DNA of 62,989 nucleotides, filler included, from Asterionella formosa (Eukaryota): the NCBI GenBank assembly GCA_002256025.1. It is 17 parts of 17 records of this genome, joined end to end, with 100 filler letters (N's around TTAATTAATTAA, not from the genome) between each part and the next. Parts side by side here need not be neighbours in the genome. Positions count along the whole stretch, not along the records: positions 2,793 to 23,779 come from NKIB01003161.1; positions 23,880 to 25,175 come from NKIB01003162.1; 15 more parts are not named here. The stretch is one strand, 5' to 3'. Each line of letters opens with the position of its first letter. Position 1 is the first letter of the stretch. The position numbers and the translations under genes are program-made. Shown piece by piece: positions 12,518-25,080 of this stretch. Under the pieces are notes generated by a model that saw only the letters and a program-made list of their open reading frames with translations, was not told the DNA's origin and did not search any database.

Positions 12518-13408
12518 ATGAGCAAGTCAAGCTCATCCCCTCGAACGCATTATGAGATTCTCGGCATCGAACGCACAGCTGACGCAAAGGCGATTCGTCA
12601 AGCCTATTTACGAGCTTCATTGAAGCATCATCCTGACAAAAATCCGGGAGACCGCGCGGAAGAAGCCAAGGCGCGCTTCATTGAAATTGGGCAAGCCTAC
12701 GATGTCTTGAAAGATCCTGTCCAGCGGGCATCTTATGATTCAGAGCTACGGGCTGGTACTTGGAGAAAGAAACCATCGTCGCCGCAGGTTTACGACAATT
12801 ACCGAGATGCCTTTGATGCTCACGTTGCTGGGTTGTCAGAAGAGGAGCTCCACGCCGCCATGGGAGCGGCAGCGCTTGTAGCGAGTCTCGTGGGTAGTCT
12901 TGTAGGAGCTCGCGCGAGCCGTGAATCCTCGTTGCTTTCCACGGCAGGATCGCTTGTGGGAAGTATGGCAGCGAGTCAGACGGCAAGTAACTTGGTCAAG
13001 TCCTTGCATCAACAAAGCGTCGAGAGGGTGGCGTATCAAGAAGAACGGAGATCAGCCATAGCCCGAGGTGAAGTCCCCCCAGATGCACCGATTCAAAAAA
13101 ATCATTGGAAAGATTTTATGCCGAAAACGTCGGGTTCTACAAAATCCAGTACAGGAAACACATCGAAGACAACTACGAACTCAGAAGCTCCACAGACTGG
13201 AAACACTGACAATTCATGGAGCGACAAAGTCAACAAGGCAATGGATTCTGTGAAGCAAAAAGCCGCAGCAGCTGCCGTATCTGCAGCAATGGCATCAACC
13301 ATGTCTGACGATGGGAAGAATTCCGTGGGAACCATCTTCATGTCGGCTGTCAAGGCAGCAACTGAATTTCATGCTTCTACCTCTCAGAGCAAGCAGTCAA
13401 AATGGTGA
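12518..13408 (+). CDS. DnaJ (J-domain) protein
   Basis: HYEILG...IRQAY.....HHPDKNP...F.EI.QAYDVL.D...RASYD N-terminal J domain; low-complexity C-terminus. Confidence 0.9.
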   Translation: MSKSSSSPRTHYEILGIERTADAKAIRQAYLRASLKHHPDKNPGDRAEEAKARFIEIGQAYDVLKDPVQRASYDSELRAGTWRKKPSSPQVYDNYRDAFDAHVAGLSEEELHAAMGAAALVASLVGSLVGARASRESSLLSTAGSLVGSMAASQTASNLVKSLHQQSVERVAYQEERRSAIARGEVPPDAPIQKNHWKDFMPKTSGSTKSSTGNTSKTTTNSEAPQTGNTDNSWSDKVNKAMDSVKQKAAAAAVSAAMASTMSDDGKNSVGTIFMSAVKAATEFHASTSQSKQSKW

Positions 13409-15271
13409 AAAAGTCAGAATTTTCTATGGTATCTTACCTCACATGAGGTGAAACCTAGGCATTGTTGTATGTTACTAGTAAATTCGTTATAATTCGCTTT
13501 CAAAGATTCTGATTAATATTAGTACCATGCTATAGTTTAGAAAACCTACTGAAATTTTTTGTCCTAGGAAGTTGAATTTGCATTGCCCACGTACAATTTT
13601 TAGACGACATTTTGCTATTGTGGAGGGAATACTTACACGGTACTGCACATGAGAAATGATGCATTGGAGAGAAGGGACTTATAGTGCAAATGAATATCAT
13701 GATAGAATTTGTTGCATTAGTCGCAAGGACCGTTATGATGAGATTGACTAGCAAAATTTTAAAGGAGAATGCTCACGGAGCGGTTTTCAAAGCAAGCTGG
13801 CGCCTAAACAGCTGCATAGGAATAAATAATTACATTGATTTACAGAGAAAGTTGGTACAACGTGATATAATTGAGTCATTGAATTAATAAATGATCTTAG
13901 TATAGAAACGACAATTGAGTTCTTCCTCAACCAATGACATAATTTTGATTAACTCTGGTTTCTTATATGTTGTCAATTTACCTTTAAGAGATGTGCCAAC
14001 CTCGTCCTCACTGATAATATCCCTTGAAAACAACATCAATTGTCTCCTTTTAATAATAATACCTCAAGAATCGAATGTAGCGATTAAAAAGCCACTGTGG
14101 TTTTGGCAACAAACTGAAACAACCTTTGAGTTTTCCAGTAGTATGCATCTCATGAACCTCAGCATACAGCTTGGCTGATAGATCGAAAAACAAAGACCAA
14201 CTTCTTAACAAGCCTCATTCAGCCCACAATAGGCAACAAAATGAATACTTTACTGATCAGTTCCTGTCACCGCAAATGATTTCTAATTCTGCAACAAGAA
14301 ATCTATCAAAACTGTTAAGACAAGAACACACAACTACAATACATAAAGAAGAGAAGTAGTAGTATTACAAAGAACACTGCACTGATGTTTAAGAGTAGAT
14401 GAATGTTTACTGTTACAATTGAATTGATGGCGAAATGTCTGTTGGCATCAAACTATCTTTTTTTTTGATTAGAAACCAAAACGGTGGGGTGCATTGACAT
14501 TTTCAAAATGACTCTTTTGTCTGTTTACAACTTGCTGATTGATTGTGCCAAATTGTATCCAAATAGCTGAAATGGCAATGGGTTTGCTAAACTGCTGATA
14601 AGCAGCCAGCTTGTCATGTTCCAAGTTTATTCAACGGAAATGGTTTTTCTGAAAAGTTCAAACAGGACTTCATAGCTAGCTCTTACTTTGAGTATGTACT
14701 AAGATTCAAAAATAAGCAGCAGTTAAACCGTAAATGAGTGAGCTAAAGTAGGCTTTATCTATTTTTGCTCGCTTGGTTGAGCTGGTCTTGGACAGATGAT
14801 GATGTGAGCCCTGAATGTGCATTGTGACCCTTTCTACTAGTCATTTAGCTTACGATTGTCCATGTGTATGACAATTGGGGATTATAAGTCATTTTTGCTC
14901 TGTTCTATGTCAGCATCAATCCTGAATTTGAGATTAAGTAGATATTACAAATGGGTTACTGTTTATTATTATTAATAGTTTAGCCTGGGTGCCCCTTTTT
15001 CCATTTGGGAATCATGGTATTTGATCCTATGTTGAGATCAGAAATTTTTGTAAGTGGTCTGATGAGTTAATGCCCCATCGCACTACTAGGCAAAATGTTT
15101 TTCCTAGATGTCTACAACAGAATCATATATCTGGGTGAGAGTACAAAAGTTGCACTATTAGCTTTTCTTATATGTCAGGAGATCGTCCATCTGGCTAGTT
15201 TAGTTAGAGTTTGTGAGCATAGTAAATTTATAGCACAGTTCCGGTTTAATGAAAGCTGCTATCAGGGGGGG

Positions 15272-15404
15272 GGGGGGTATTGGCTGCTTAGTTGGTTAGC
15301 ACGCCTTCTGAGATGGCGGGTTTGATTCCTGAATTTTACACCTGTCTTTCTTTTTCATGTAGTCCTTAGGGTTTCAGGAAAACGTGGATGAATAAGAAAA
15401 CCGG
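15272..15404 (+). mobile_element. Dispersed repeat end with tRNA-like A/B boxes (copy 1)
   Basis: Similar to reverse complement of 26890-27026: GCTTAGTTGGTTAGCAC...GTTTGATTCCTG...CACCTGTCTTT.TTTTTCATGTAGTCC.TAGG...AAAACCGG|TA. Confidence 0.55.
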
Positions 15405-15543
15405 TACTGATCCCCGTGTTCCATCACCCAAAGTAACTATATTTGTTGGGATGATACAGGGATACTAAGTAAGTATACAAACAGCAGGGCTGGCAATGCC
15501 AACAGGAAGCGCTACATGGTCTACTCTTCTAGCAAATGAGTTA

Positions 15544-16027
15544 CGTATACTTCATTGTCCTGGACCCCCAATGTACAATGAAGTGACTAAATTTGACTGA
15601 TTTTACTTAAGGGGGGGGTCCAGGACAATGAAGAGATTTCCCTTATACTTTGCCTAAGTTAATTTTATTAGTTCTACTACAGGATGGCGTGCGTTTTTCT
15701 AATATGTATAAATATGATCACTGTTTCCGAAAAGTGAAAATGAGAAAGTTCTTCACCTTGCAAGAAAAGTGCGACATTGAAGCATGGGAACTCCTCGGCA
15801 ATATCAAAGCTGTTGCATGTAAGTATGGCATTGGCGCCTTCAACGTTCGGCGCTGGAAAGCTAACTTTCATGATTTCGACAATCGTTATTCCTATGCAGA
15901 AGGTTTATTGTCAGATGAGGGTCGTCATCTACTGAATAAACAAACGTTTCATTCAGGCAAGTTGCGTAGCAATAATACTGCTGAATTTTCCTTGATTCGT
16001 CTCTTGTATAATCAGCTTGTTCAGTAA
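15544..16027 (+). mobile_element. Tc2/pogo-like DNA transposon remnant: left TIR plus N-terminal DNA-binding domain of transposase
   Basis: TIR CGTATACTTCATTGTCCTGGACCCCC after TA, inverted internal copy at ~15615-15633; ORF segment MRKFFTLQEK...NIKAVACKYGI...NVRRWK resembles the Brinker/psq-type HTH of pogo transposases; truncated. Confidence 0.7.
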
Positions 16028-16200
16028 AAACAGCTTTTTGGTTTGTAGCGATATGGGCAAAGGATTCATCCCAAGCTTTCGACACCAGATCAACAATGTC
16101 ATCCTTTTGAACAGCAAATGCAGCACGTCGCCTTTCCTTTTGGCTGAGTAAGTGTCTCTTGCATTTCATTAGTTGGATATTTAAACTTGAATTTGTCATT
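16026..16200 (-). pseudogene. Fragment of pogo-type (DDE_1) transposase C-terminal region
   Basis: KRHLLSQK...FAVQKDDIVDLVSKAWDESFAHIATNQKAV resembles the post-catalytic '..I..LV..AW..SF....N.KA' segment of pogo transposases. Confidence 0.5.
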
Positions 16201-17600
16201 AGGTTAGAAATTGATGAGGTATGTCCTGCCAATGACTGTGAATCATATAGTGTCATAGTAGTTACAGGTAATGGTACTATTGAATTAGTTGCGGCCTTCC
16301 CCACCTGATTTAGCTTCTGCAAACGGTACTGGATCATAGGTTTTGTTAGCAAAGCCAGTGCAGCCGCCCTTGATGCAACAATATTTATAAGGCACCATAT
16401 GGTAGTTTGCCATTGTTATTTACCTTTCAAGTTTCTTATTCCATAACTATTTCTTTTAAATAAGTGACACTATAGTCTTATCCCAAGAAATAGGTATCAT
16501 TTTGTACTCTTAGGATGGTTGAGGCTGTTCTCTTGATTCATCATTCTTAATGAGATGGCTGCAATTTCATTCATTTTGTGTTGTGTCAAAAGCAATTTCT
16601 GATGTGATTTACAGTCTCTGACATAAAATTATGGCTCAATTTTTTGGCTTTCAAGAAATTTTGCATTCATTTCCTAGGAGTGCCTAGTTGATTCATTTAC
16701 TGCTAAGTACATGGGTCCACGGTAATGCAACTAAATATATTTTAGATATTAAGTTTTCTTCACAAATGGATATGTGTATTTCTGGGAGATGCCGGCTCAA
16801 TGGTATAATATTGTTATTGCCACTTTCGGGCCGATCGCTATTTATCTGATTATCTAAACCACAAGACCTATTCAAAAACAAGATATGTTGTATACGGCGC
16901 AACATCAGGAACAACTTTGTTGTACTAAAAATAGTCATAACTGGAAAATTAGAAAAAATCTATGTATACATACACTGTGCATTTTATGTCGTTAAGTGGC
17001 TCAAAGCCATTTTTAACTGTTAGATGTACCAGTACCAGGACCTGACCGCAATGGGACTTGCAGTAAACGACGGTTATTACTATAATGAAAATAAAGCTAA
17101 ATTCCTCTCTTAACTTGCTGTCGTTCCCTGGTACTCGGTGTATGGTACCACCAGGGTACCAGGTACCAGGAATGAGGACCAGAGGCAGACAGAGCACCAG
17201 CATAACCGGCAGACTCCCAGTATAGCGGACTGCCAGGTACCTGGGACCAACCATTACATAGCCTAGAATGGACTTAGGCTGAAACTTATGGTGCCCGAAG
17301 TACGAAGATCGAATATTGCGAAGCTTTTGCATCAAAATCTTCGATCTTCGTATTCGGGAAAATTTATGGCCACCTTACGGTCCCAAAGATTAAATAGTAC
17401 GTCAATCCATATGTCAAATGACTGATCTAGAAAATTAGTAGTCTCGTCTGTAGGAATATTATAGTAATTAATTATAATGAAAATGGTCAACACTCAATGC
17501 TCCGTCCTCATTGTTGCTGTTGTTGTAAGGTTATCGGCCTTCACATTGGCCTATCTCCTTTCTCCTCAACTCCCACAACTAGCATCTCCCTATTATCACA

Positions 17601-18090
17601 ATGGCGACTCAAGGACCAACAGAATACTCAACAAAGGAGGAGCATTCCTTTTGCCACCATATTCGATACTGGATAGGCGGCCCCATTCAAGTGCACATGC
17701 TTCGAAGTGTGCAGATTGCCATTATATTTGCTGCTGTTTGTGAACTTCAACACAGGATTGCATCTAGGGAGGAGAAGAAATTTCGAGATATGGCTGAAGC
17801 ATATTTTCGAATTCTGGATGAAGACCTTGAGGATGATATGTGTGATACCGCCATAAAAACTCAACTGGGATATGCATGGGGTCCAAGGATAAATCTAGCA
17901 TGACTTGTGATACCTTATGGAGAAAGTGGCAGGAGATTAGAAACAAACTTCGCAACAGTATCATTTCTAGTTCAAACATCGCCCAGGATTTGCACAAACT
18001 TCCAAGTCAACAAGGTTTGAAGGATGCATATTTCAAATTTGTCATGAACAGTGAACATAAAATCAAATTTGTCATGAACAGTGAACATCT
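17601..18090 (+). pseudogene. Frameshifted ORF pair, possible Myb/SANT-like transposon accessory gene
   Basis: ORFs 17601-17903 and 17876-18199 overlap in different frames near 17885; LWRKWQEIRNKL helix; a ~29-nt tandem duplication at ~18033-18089. Confidence 0.35.
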
Positions 18091-18968
18091 TTGCATTGAT
18101 TGCAACAATTTCGTATACTCCATTTTCTGTGATGGTTTTTCGAAATCTACAGAACATTTGGTGTTGTGGTGCTTGCTTTTTTTCTATGCACAGCTCTGAT
18201 GTTCAGGAACTAATTAGGCAACATAAATACTCATGAATATATTAAACTGATAAATATAGTTACATAATATATATTAAGCTATCTTGCTAACTTGCTTGTT
18301 ATGATCAAAAAGTAGTTGAACTCTACCGTACTATTCCACCATTGAATTTGTTTACCCCCAGCCACTGTAATAATAATGACAATAATACTACAATAGAAGA
18401 ATTGAAGTATCGAATACTATATCATCAGTATAAGTGATAACGATTATATATTGTTTCCGCCTTTCTGATTGATGGAGACAATCTTTGTTTGCCCGAAGAT
18501 TAATCTTTGGGAAACGAAGATTGTTCAAGAAAATGCGAAGATTGGGTCAACATCGGGGATGACCCTCGAAATATTCGGGCGAACGAAGATGAATCTTCGT
18601 AATCGGGGGGATTTGCGAGTTATTTAGTCCGTAAGGGACGAAAATACGAAGATTAAACGCCCAACATGTCTCCGGCTTGGAATTTTGGGTTTCGTCGTAA
18701 TGTCGTACATGATGCCGTTAATCCCAAACTTCGGTTTGTCACATCGTGACAAATAGGAAATATAGCCAGCAGCATCTCGCTGATTATTCACCTGTGAGCA
18801 TCCCAGCAACACACATCAGCGAGACGACAGAGTGCAGATGTAATCGTTGAAATTAGAAATAAGGATACCTTTGCGGTTTCACCATTTCATTCTTCTGCCA
18901 GCGCTGAGTCCACTTTGCAAGATAATAGGCACGTTGGCTGGTACAAGCTGTGTAGTGTCCCAAATCAT

Positions 18969-19514
18969 ATGAAGCTTTTGAATAACGAGATCTCTGTTCC
19001 TCCAAGAGTGCGAAAGCTGGTGAGGTTTCCAACTCATCAAGAATCGTTGGCATTTGTTGTTGCCTCACTGAGTCTCGACGAGTACTCATCGGAAGAACGT
19101 ATGAGCCAGTGGTATAGCAAAGCAGACTACTTGTCCTTCAATGACACATCCAAGATGATTTCCAGTGCATTGAGAAGGTTCAGGCATGGCGAGCTTCTAC
19201 TCACCGCATTTTCTGAAGACCACAACTTGTCTCAGCAAGCCCTGAACACTTGGTCGTATGATGGTGATTCAAGGCGAGGTATTGAAATATGGGCGAATCT
19301 AAAGCATGGCCAGCAACGCCGATTGAAACGAAAAGCTGCAATTCATGGAGTGCTATTCTTGCAAAAGGAAATGCGTGCGAGGGACGAGGCCAGTCCGGAT
19401 ATACTTTGCCGGTTTTCAGAGCTTTTGACGCATGATGCGAGGGAATTTGCGAGGAGGATGGGATGTGCTGATGAACACGCCGTCACTTCAATCACATGGT
19501 GGTGGATTCCATAA
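18969..19514 (+). CDS. Hypothetical protein of a diatom-expanded family (VRF...WY..DY...RGIE...VL..Q...A...G..D)
   Basis: Intronless ORF from first ATG at 18969; motif pattern KLVRF / EYS.EE...WYSKADY / SRRGIE / GVLFLQ / ARRMG.ADE recalled from diatom hypothetical proteins. Confidence 0.6.
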   Translation: MKLLNNEISVPPRVRKLVRFPTHQESLAFVVASLSLDEYSSEERMSQWYSKADYLSFNDTSKMISSALRRFRHGELLLTAFSEDHNLSQQALNTWSYDGDSRRGIEIWANLKHGQQRRLKRKAAIHGVLFLQKEMRARDEASPDILCRFSELLTHDAREFARRMGCADEHAVTSITWWWIP

Positions 19515-19870
19515 AGAGGCAGGTCAGTGGATCCTCGTCGTTGCCCAGTTCCGTTTCACAATTATGCCGGTGAGTACATTAGAAGCATGAAATGTGACGA
19601 CTCCGGAAAACTACACCTGCAACAAGTTTCACATTTTATGATTCACATAATTTCCATGATTTGATGATTACATAAGAATAATTTGCTTGCGCGCGAGTCA
19701 TCATTCGTGTACCAGTAGCGCACTTGGATTTGATCGGGATTGGTGTGCACCCTCAGCGGGGAATTCATAAAAGTACTAGTGACACATTGATGCAACTTTT
19801 CATGTATGATGACATGAAACAACTTTTACCTGTAACTATATCGCGAGAGAATTCAACCTGAAACATGAAT

Positions 19871-22706
19871 TTATATGAGTGGCGAAGAGATCTTTCGACG
19901 CATTCGGGTCGAAGCGAATGACGGGCGGTAAGACATCATCGACATACGTGTGTCGTCCCCTCCGTTGTTGGGTGATTTTGAAGCAACTTTGACGGGGACA
20001 AATTTCTTTTCTGTCGGTAGGTTACGCCGCAAAGCAAGCTTCACCCACTGCGCAGCACTTCTATCCTTTTCCTCGCTAAGATCGTCCTCTTCGTCATGGA
20101 GTAAAGCAGAAGAAAACGCAGGTGTTCCGTCATCATTCGGCCGACGGTCTCGGCGTCGCTGTTGCTGCGCTTGCTGCTTCATGTACAGATTTTGCATTCC
20201 GACTCTAGATCCACCTGATAGCAATCGAAGGTAATCTCCACTTGATCCTTTAATCACACCGTTGTAAAAGTCAAGCAGCCTGTTGTCTAATTCAGCTGGT
20301 GATAGTTGCAATCGAAGCTTGGGAGACTCAAGAATGGTGTCGACGTCGACATCTAATCTCTTCTCCAACTCTGAGATAAGACGCTCCTGGAATTTCTTCG
20401 GCAAGACATTGCTTTGTTTGATTTCATCTGACAGTCGCGAGCGAAATTGGCGGTAGCGATGACGGCTTAGGCGAATCGTGGAAGAAATGCGTCGACGCTG
20501 CTGGTCATCTTCAATCAACGGCGGCAGCTCGATTTCGACTCCAGCGTCAATCGCCTCTGTCATTGCTTCTTGTTCCCTGACAGAAATTGAGCCAGCTGCC
20601 TCCAGTCGTTCATTTGCCGCGTCCCATGACAAAGCGTATGCAAACTCTTCGGAGAGAGGTTTAGGCGAGTGAGTCAATGCGTAATAGAGGTTTCCGACAA
20701 ACTCCTCCTTCGAGGAATAAGGGAGGCAATTGGGAAACTGTACGAAGAAATCATTTGATGGATGCGATGGCAAAATGACAAACTTTCCCATGGCAAGCGC
20801 TTCAGATACTGTGGTGCATAATACTTCCGAGAGGGACGGATTAATAAAGATCTTGTGAGAATATGCTAGCTTCGAGTGCTCGAGAGCCCCATGAAAGGGC
20901 ATATCAAGGTCAAACTTTTTCGCTTTGGCTTCCGCTGCATCTTTGTCGGGGCCACCTCCATACATATCCACTTTTAGTTGCAAGTTGGCACTTTCTTCCG
21001 CATATTTGAGTAGCTCCATAAGGGACAATAGGCCCTTTGACCACAGCATCTTTCCAATAAAATAGATTGACGGCTCCGCGTTTGGTCCAAATACATCATC
21101 TTTCGCTGCCATTTGCGACGACAATAGTCGTTCTCGGACTTCTTCCCCAATGTCCAAAAACGTGCCTCGTACACCGTGAACATTCTCAATTAGTTCCTTT
21201 TCCGGTGCAAACTTTCCTAGAGTGCCCGATAGTTTGATGATTCGATGACAATGGGCTCGACACATCCAGGCGCACAGCAGCCTCATGGCAGGTGCCCGGA
21301 TCAATGCCCCAGGTTGCTCTTGTGCATAGACGAAGTAGTTTGTATGGACAATACCCACAACGTGCTTGAACTTTGTCGTCCAGTTTTCACCAGGTGCCTG
21401 TAGATTCGGAATAAAATAGCGTTAGACATTAGATTCAAGCGCATCTCTTGAGTGTCCATGCGTGACCTACTCTGTACCAATTCAAATGCTCGGGTTCCTC
21501 TAAAATTACGATATCAGCATCTTCCGCAGGAATCAAGGCGGTAATATCACCCATGGAATAAATTGAATTTTCAGCTCTACTTTGCTGGGCATTGTACCAC
21601 GCAATATTAAGCCGTTCACTTGCTTCCTTCATACCGGCCGTCTCTCGCAACCATGTTTTGACATGCTTCTCTTGATCCGCTTGCGTCTCAAAAGCTCGAT
21701 CCTTGCCATATACATATACTTGGTCCTCTGGTAATTCCAGCCATGGTAACATAAGTGTTACACTACCAGGCGCTCGTCCCTTCGTCAAATATGCTGCTCT
21801 CAACAATGCATTGACCGCCGTTCCAGTCATCCATGGAAGAGATGCTGTCGTCACGATCCAAATGCGCTTGGTTTTGTCAGAAATGTCTGTATCAGCAACC
21901 AACGGTTCGCCAGGCTTGGCAGGTGTCGGTGTCGGTAACTTCTTTCCGGAGGTTATCAGGGAGACGGTTCCGTTCATTCCGACAAAAATTTCGGCTGTCG
22001 GTCGTTCCACGGTTTTAAGTTCTCCGTCAACTTCAACGATAACCTCGGACGATGGTTGTTCGACAGCTTTACGTTCCCCGTTCACTTGAACGTCAGTCTC
22101 AGGTGGAGGTTGTTCGACCTGGGTTTGTTCCATGTTTTCTACCTTATCATTTGCTTTAGAAGGAACACCAAAAGTCGACAGTGGATAGTCTCCACCTTCG
22201 GCTTGAGTCTGCTCGATATAATCTGTAATGTCTTCGGCCCATTCTTGCAGCATCCGGTCCCAGGAGCGAAATCCATCAAAGCGTCTGGTTTTCTTTTCTT
22301 GTTGCGTGTCACTCAGGAACTTCCATTGGCTCAAGAAATTGTCTGGCTTTTGAAAGTCTAGAGAGAGATCTTTAATTTCTTCAAATGTCTGGTTCCAATA
22401 TCCCTGCATAAGATTGGCTCTATCTCCTTGAAAGCGCAGTTGAGATTTGCGAATGGATTCCCCCAAGGACATAATCTTCTTGCCATGCGCGTCGTCTTGC
22501 TGACCATCTTGTTTGGCAGTTTCGTCCTCAATTTGAGAAGCTACTCTGGAGGACGCAAGTAGAAGAATCACTGATCCCAGCATCCAACACTTATGAAGTG
22601 CGATGCGACTTGGTGTTCCTCGCCGCATTGTGAATCGACCTGGTATGTGTTTCTGAATCCAAATCTGATCAATCAATCGAATCTTTGAGCTTTCCAGTTT
22701 CTCCAT
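19871..22706 (-). CDS. DGD1: Digalactosyldiacylglycerol synthase (GT4), 2 exons; start may be ATG at 22628
   Basis: IVTTASLPWMTGTAVN.LLRAAYL, LEEPEHLNWY, HVVGIVHTNY, CHRIIKLS, NVHGV, YFIGKMLWSKG, FINPS.SEVLCTT..EALAMGK; intron 21398-21470 (GTAGG...TACAG) joins the two ORFs. Confidence 0.92.
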
Positions 22707-23879
22707 ATTCCTTTATGGCGATTCGATTCAGTACAATTTTTAAAAGCGACAGATAAAGAGCAAATAAATGTAGATGCTGCAATGTTATTTTGTACAAGAA
22801 CGGGAGCAACAAATGGCGTTCGCCCTTCGTTGTGATAAATAGCTTTTCAATAAAATGTTCTTCTCATGTGGTATTTTTGTGGGGGAAATTATCATCTCTT
22901 CACACGTAAAAATTCGCTACCAGTACCTTATGGTACCTGGTACCTGGTACCGGTGTGCTGGTATATTTTTACACTGCTGGTGTACCTGTCTGTACCGTCA
23001 TAGGTATGTATGTACGAGTGTGTACGTATCAACTTTATTGCCGCCATGTCTGCACGGTACATGGTACCTGGTACCAGGTACCTGGTAAGAACCGCACACA
23101 GGCATCATCCCTGAGAATTGACAAAACGCCATGCAAGGTGACGTCATTGTTATGATAAAAAGAGACGTCAGACGTCAAAATGGCGTCATCTTCTCAGAAT
23201 AGACTAATAAAGTAAAGGGTTGAGCGAGTCGCTTGTTTGTTGCACGATTGCTGCTCCCTCTGTAGGAAACAATTCAATTCACAACCAACGTTTTCGCGCT
23301 GCTGGCTGTATAATAGGTTGAAGAAACAATATCTAACTCGTGAATGAGCAAGACTCGACGTGTGACTATTGAGTTGCACAACCATTTTACCGGACACTGA
23401 GGTCGGTGTGTTCCGTTTGTACCAGCCATCTACATACGACAAATTCTACACACGAGTATATGGAGAAACGGAATCCAGAATCAGCTTGGATGTAATGCTT
23501 GATGTCGAAATCGAGCATCACATCATCAGCATATCACACACACCGAGAGCGATAAGCTGGTATTGCACCTGGTACCTGGTACCACGATGATACATGTCTC
23601 ACCAGTGTACATACGGCATGTACTAGTAGGTATATTTTGTGAGGGAGTATAAGGTGTACTGGAACTGTGTTTGGATTAAAAATGGAACAGCAATAATTCA
23701 TTTGGACATTGTAACTGCATAAAATCATACACTATTCCTCTTAACTATTACCAGTGCTCTAGAATCCCATGGATAAATGNNNNNNNNNNNNNNNNNNNNN
23801 NNNNNNNNNNNNNNNNNNNNNNNTTAATTAATTAANNNNNNNNNNNNNNNNNNNNNNNNNNNNNNNNNNNNNNNNNNNN

Positions 23880-24111
23880 AAATTCTTGAATAAGTAAGTT
23901 TCGGGTATCCAATGTTGTCGAATAAAACTTACCGGTTCATTTTTGTCATCTTAACTTTGAGAGAAGGTAAACGTTTTGTCAGCTTTGTTCCAACAGAAGT
24001 GAATAGGTCCAACGAGCGACAAGAGCACTTACGCAATTTGATCTTGTTTTACATTGGTGCTCCCCAACAAGCGAAACGAGCTGTTGAATCAACTGAGTAA
24101 AAAGGAAATGT
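23880..24111 (+). repeat. ~230-bp dispersed repeat, near-identical to 29127-29359
   Basis: Both read AAATTCTTGAATAAGTAAGTTTCGGGTATCCAATGTTGT...GGAAATGTG with only a few substitutions. Confidence 0.9.
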
Positions 24112-24803
24112 GGCTGCGTTTAGTTAACAATTTGTTGTTGTGCTGCCTGCCTCCCAACGATTGTCATCCAAGTAGCTAGTACCACATTGATGGCTTCATT
24201 ACCTTAAACATTCTCCATCCTTCGAAGGCACAATGTGTCAAAGTCACAATGTTTTTCGTTATGTATTGCGAAAATTTTCTTTTCTTGTCATGTGCTTTAC
24301 TATGACATATCTTTTCATGAAGCAGCACGCATTGTTTGTTAACATGACAGAACGATTTGAAAAATATATTGGCCATGAATATAGTAATAAAATTTGTAAA
24401 TATATATATATATATAGCGTTATACATTGCATAAAATTCAAAGGCGCTCTCGATATGGATGATATGGTTGTGATGATCATACTCGCATATACATGATTCG
24501 AAAATACTCAATGCACTATATGTCCATTGTTTTCCACGACTATGTGTACCGGTATTATCTCTGAAATTTGTTTGCATCGATATTTTCTACGTCCGCTAAA
24601 ACTAATTATTTAGACCGTTCAAATGCCGCAAGGGTTATGGTGGCAAATTGTTTAAGCCCCTTTTTTGGGCTGGAGCTCTTCATGTGTACCGGTACATCAT
24701 ATGACAATAACAATGTATCATATATATATACAGGGTACCAGTAGCAGGTAGTAAGTGATATACTGGGGGTAGTCGGAGTAGTACCGGTAAACTAGCAACA
24801 GAA

Positions 24804-25080
24804 CACCATATGTTCAGGACTGTTGCTACTGCAGTGGGACAGTAAATCATCATAGTTTTAGGATCGTATGATCGTAAAACTAAAAAACAATAGAACACGA
24901 AATGTCTATGACTGCTGCTACTGCAGCGGGACAGTAAATCATGATAATTTTAGGATCGTATGATCGTAAAACTAAAAACCAATGGAATACCATATATTCA
25001 GGACTGTTGCTACTACCGTGGGACAATAAATCATCATAGTTCTAGGATTTGTATGATTGTAAAACTAAAAACCAATAGTC
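24804..25080. repeat. Three degenerate ~90-bp tandem units
   Basis: GACTG(T/C)TGCTAC...GGGACA.TAAATCAT.ATA.TT.TAGGAT..GTATGAT.GTAAAACTAAAAA.CAAT recurs three times. Confidence 0.8.

Noticed and set aside
23912..24100. Duplicated short ORF MLSNKTYRFIF (also 29159-29359)
   Set aside because: Reflects a DNA repeat; one copy has a stop where the other reads on, and no domain is recognisable
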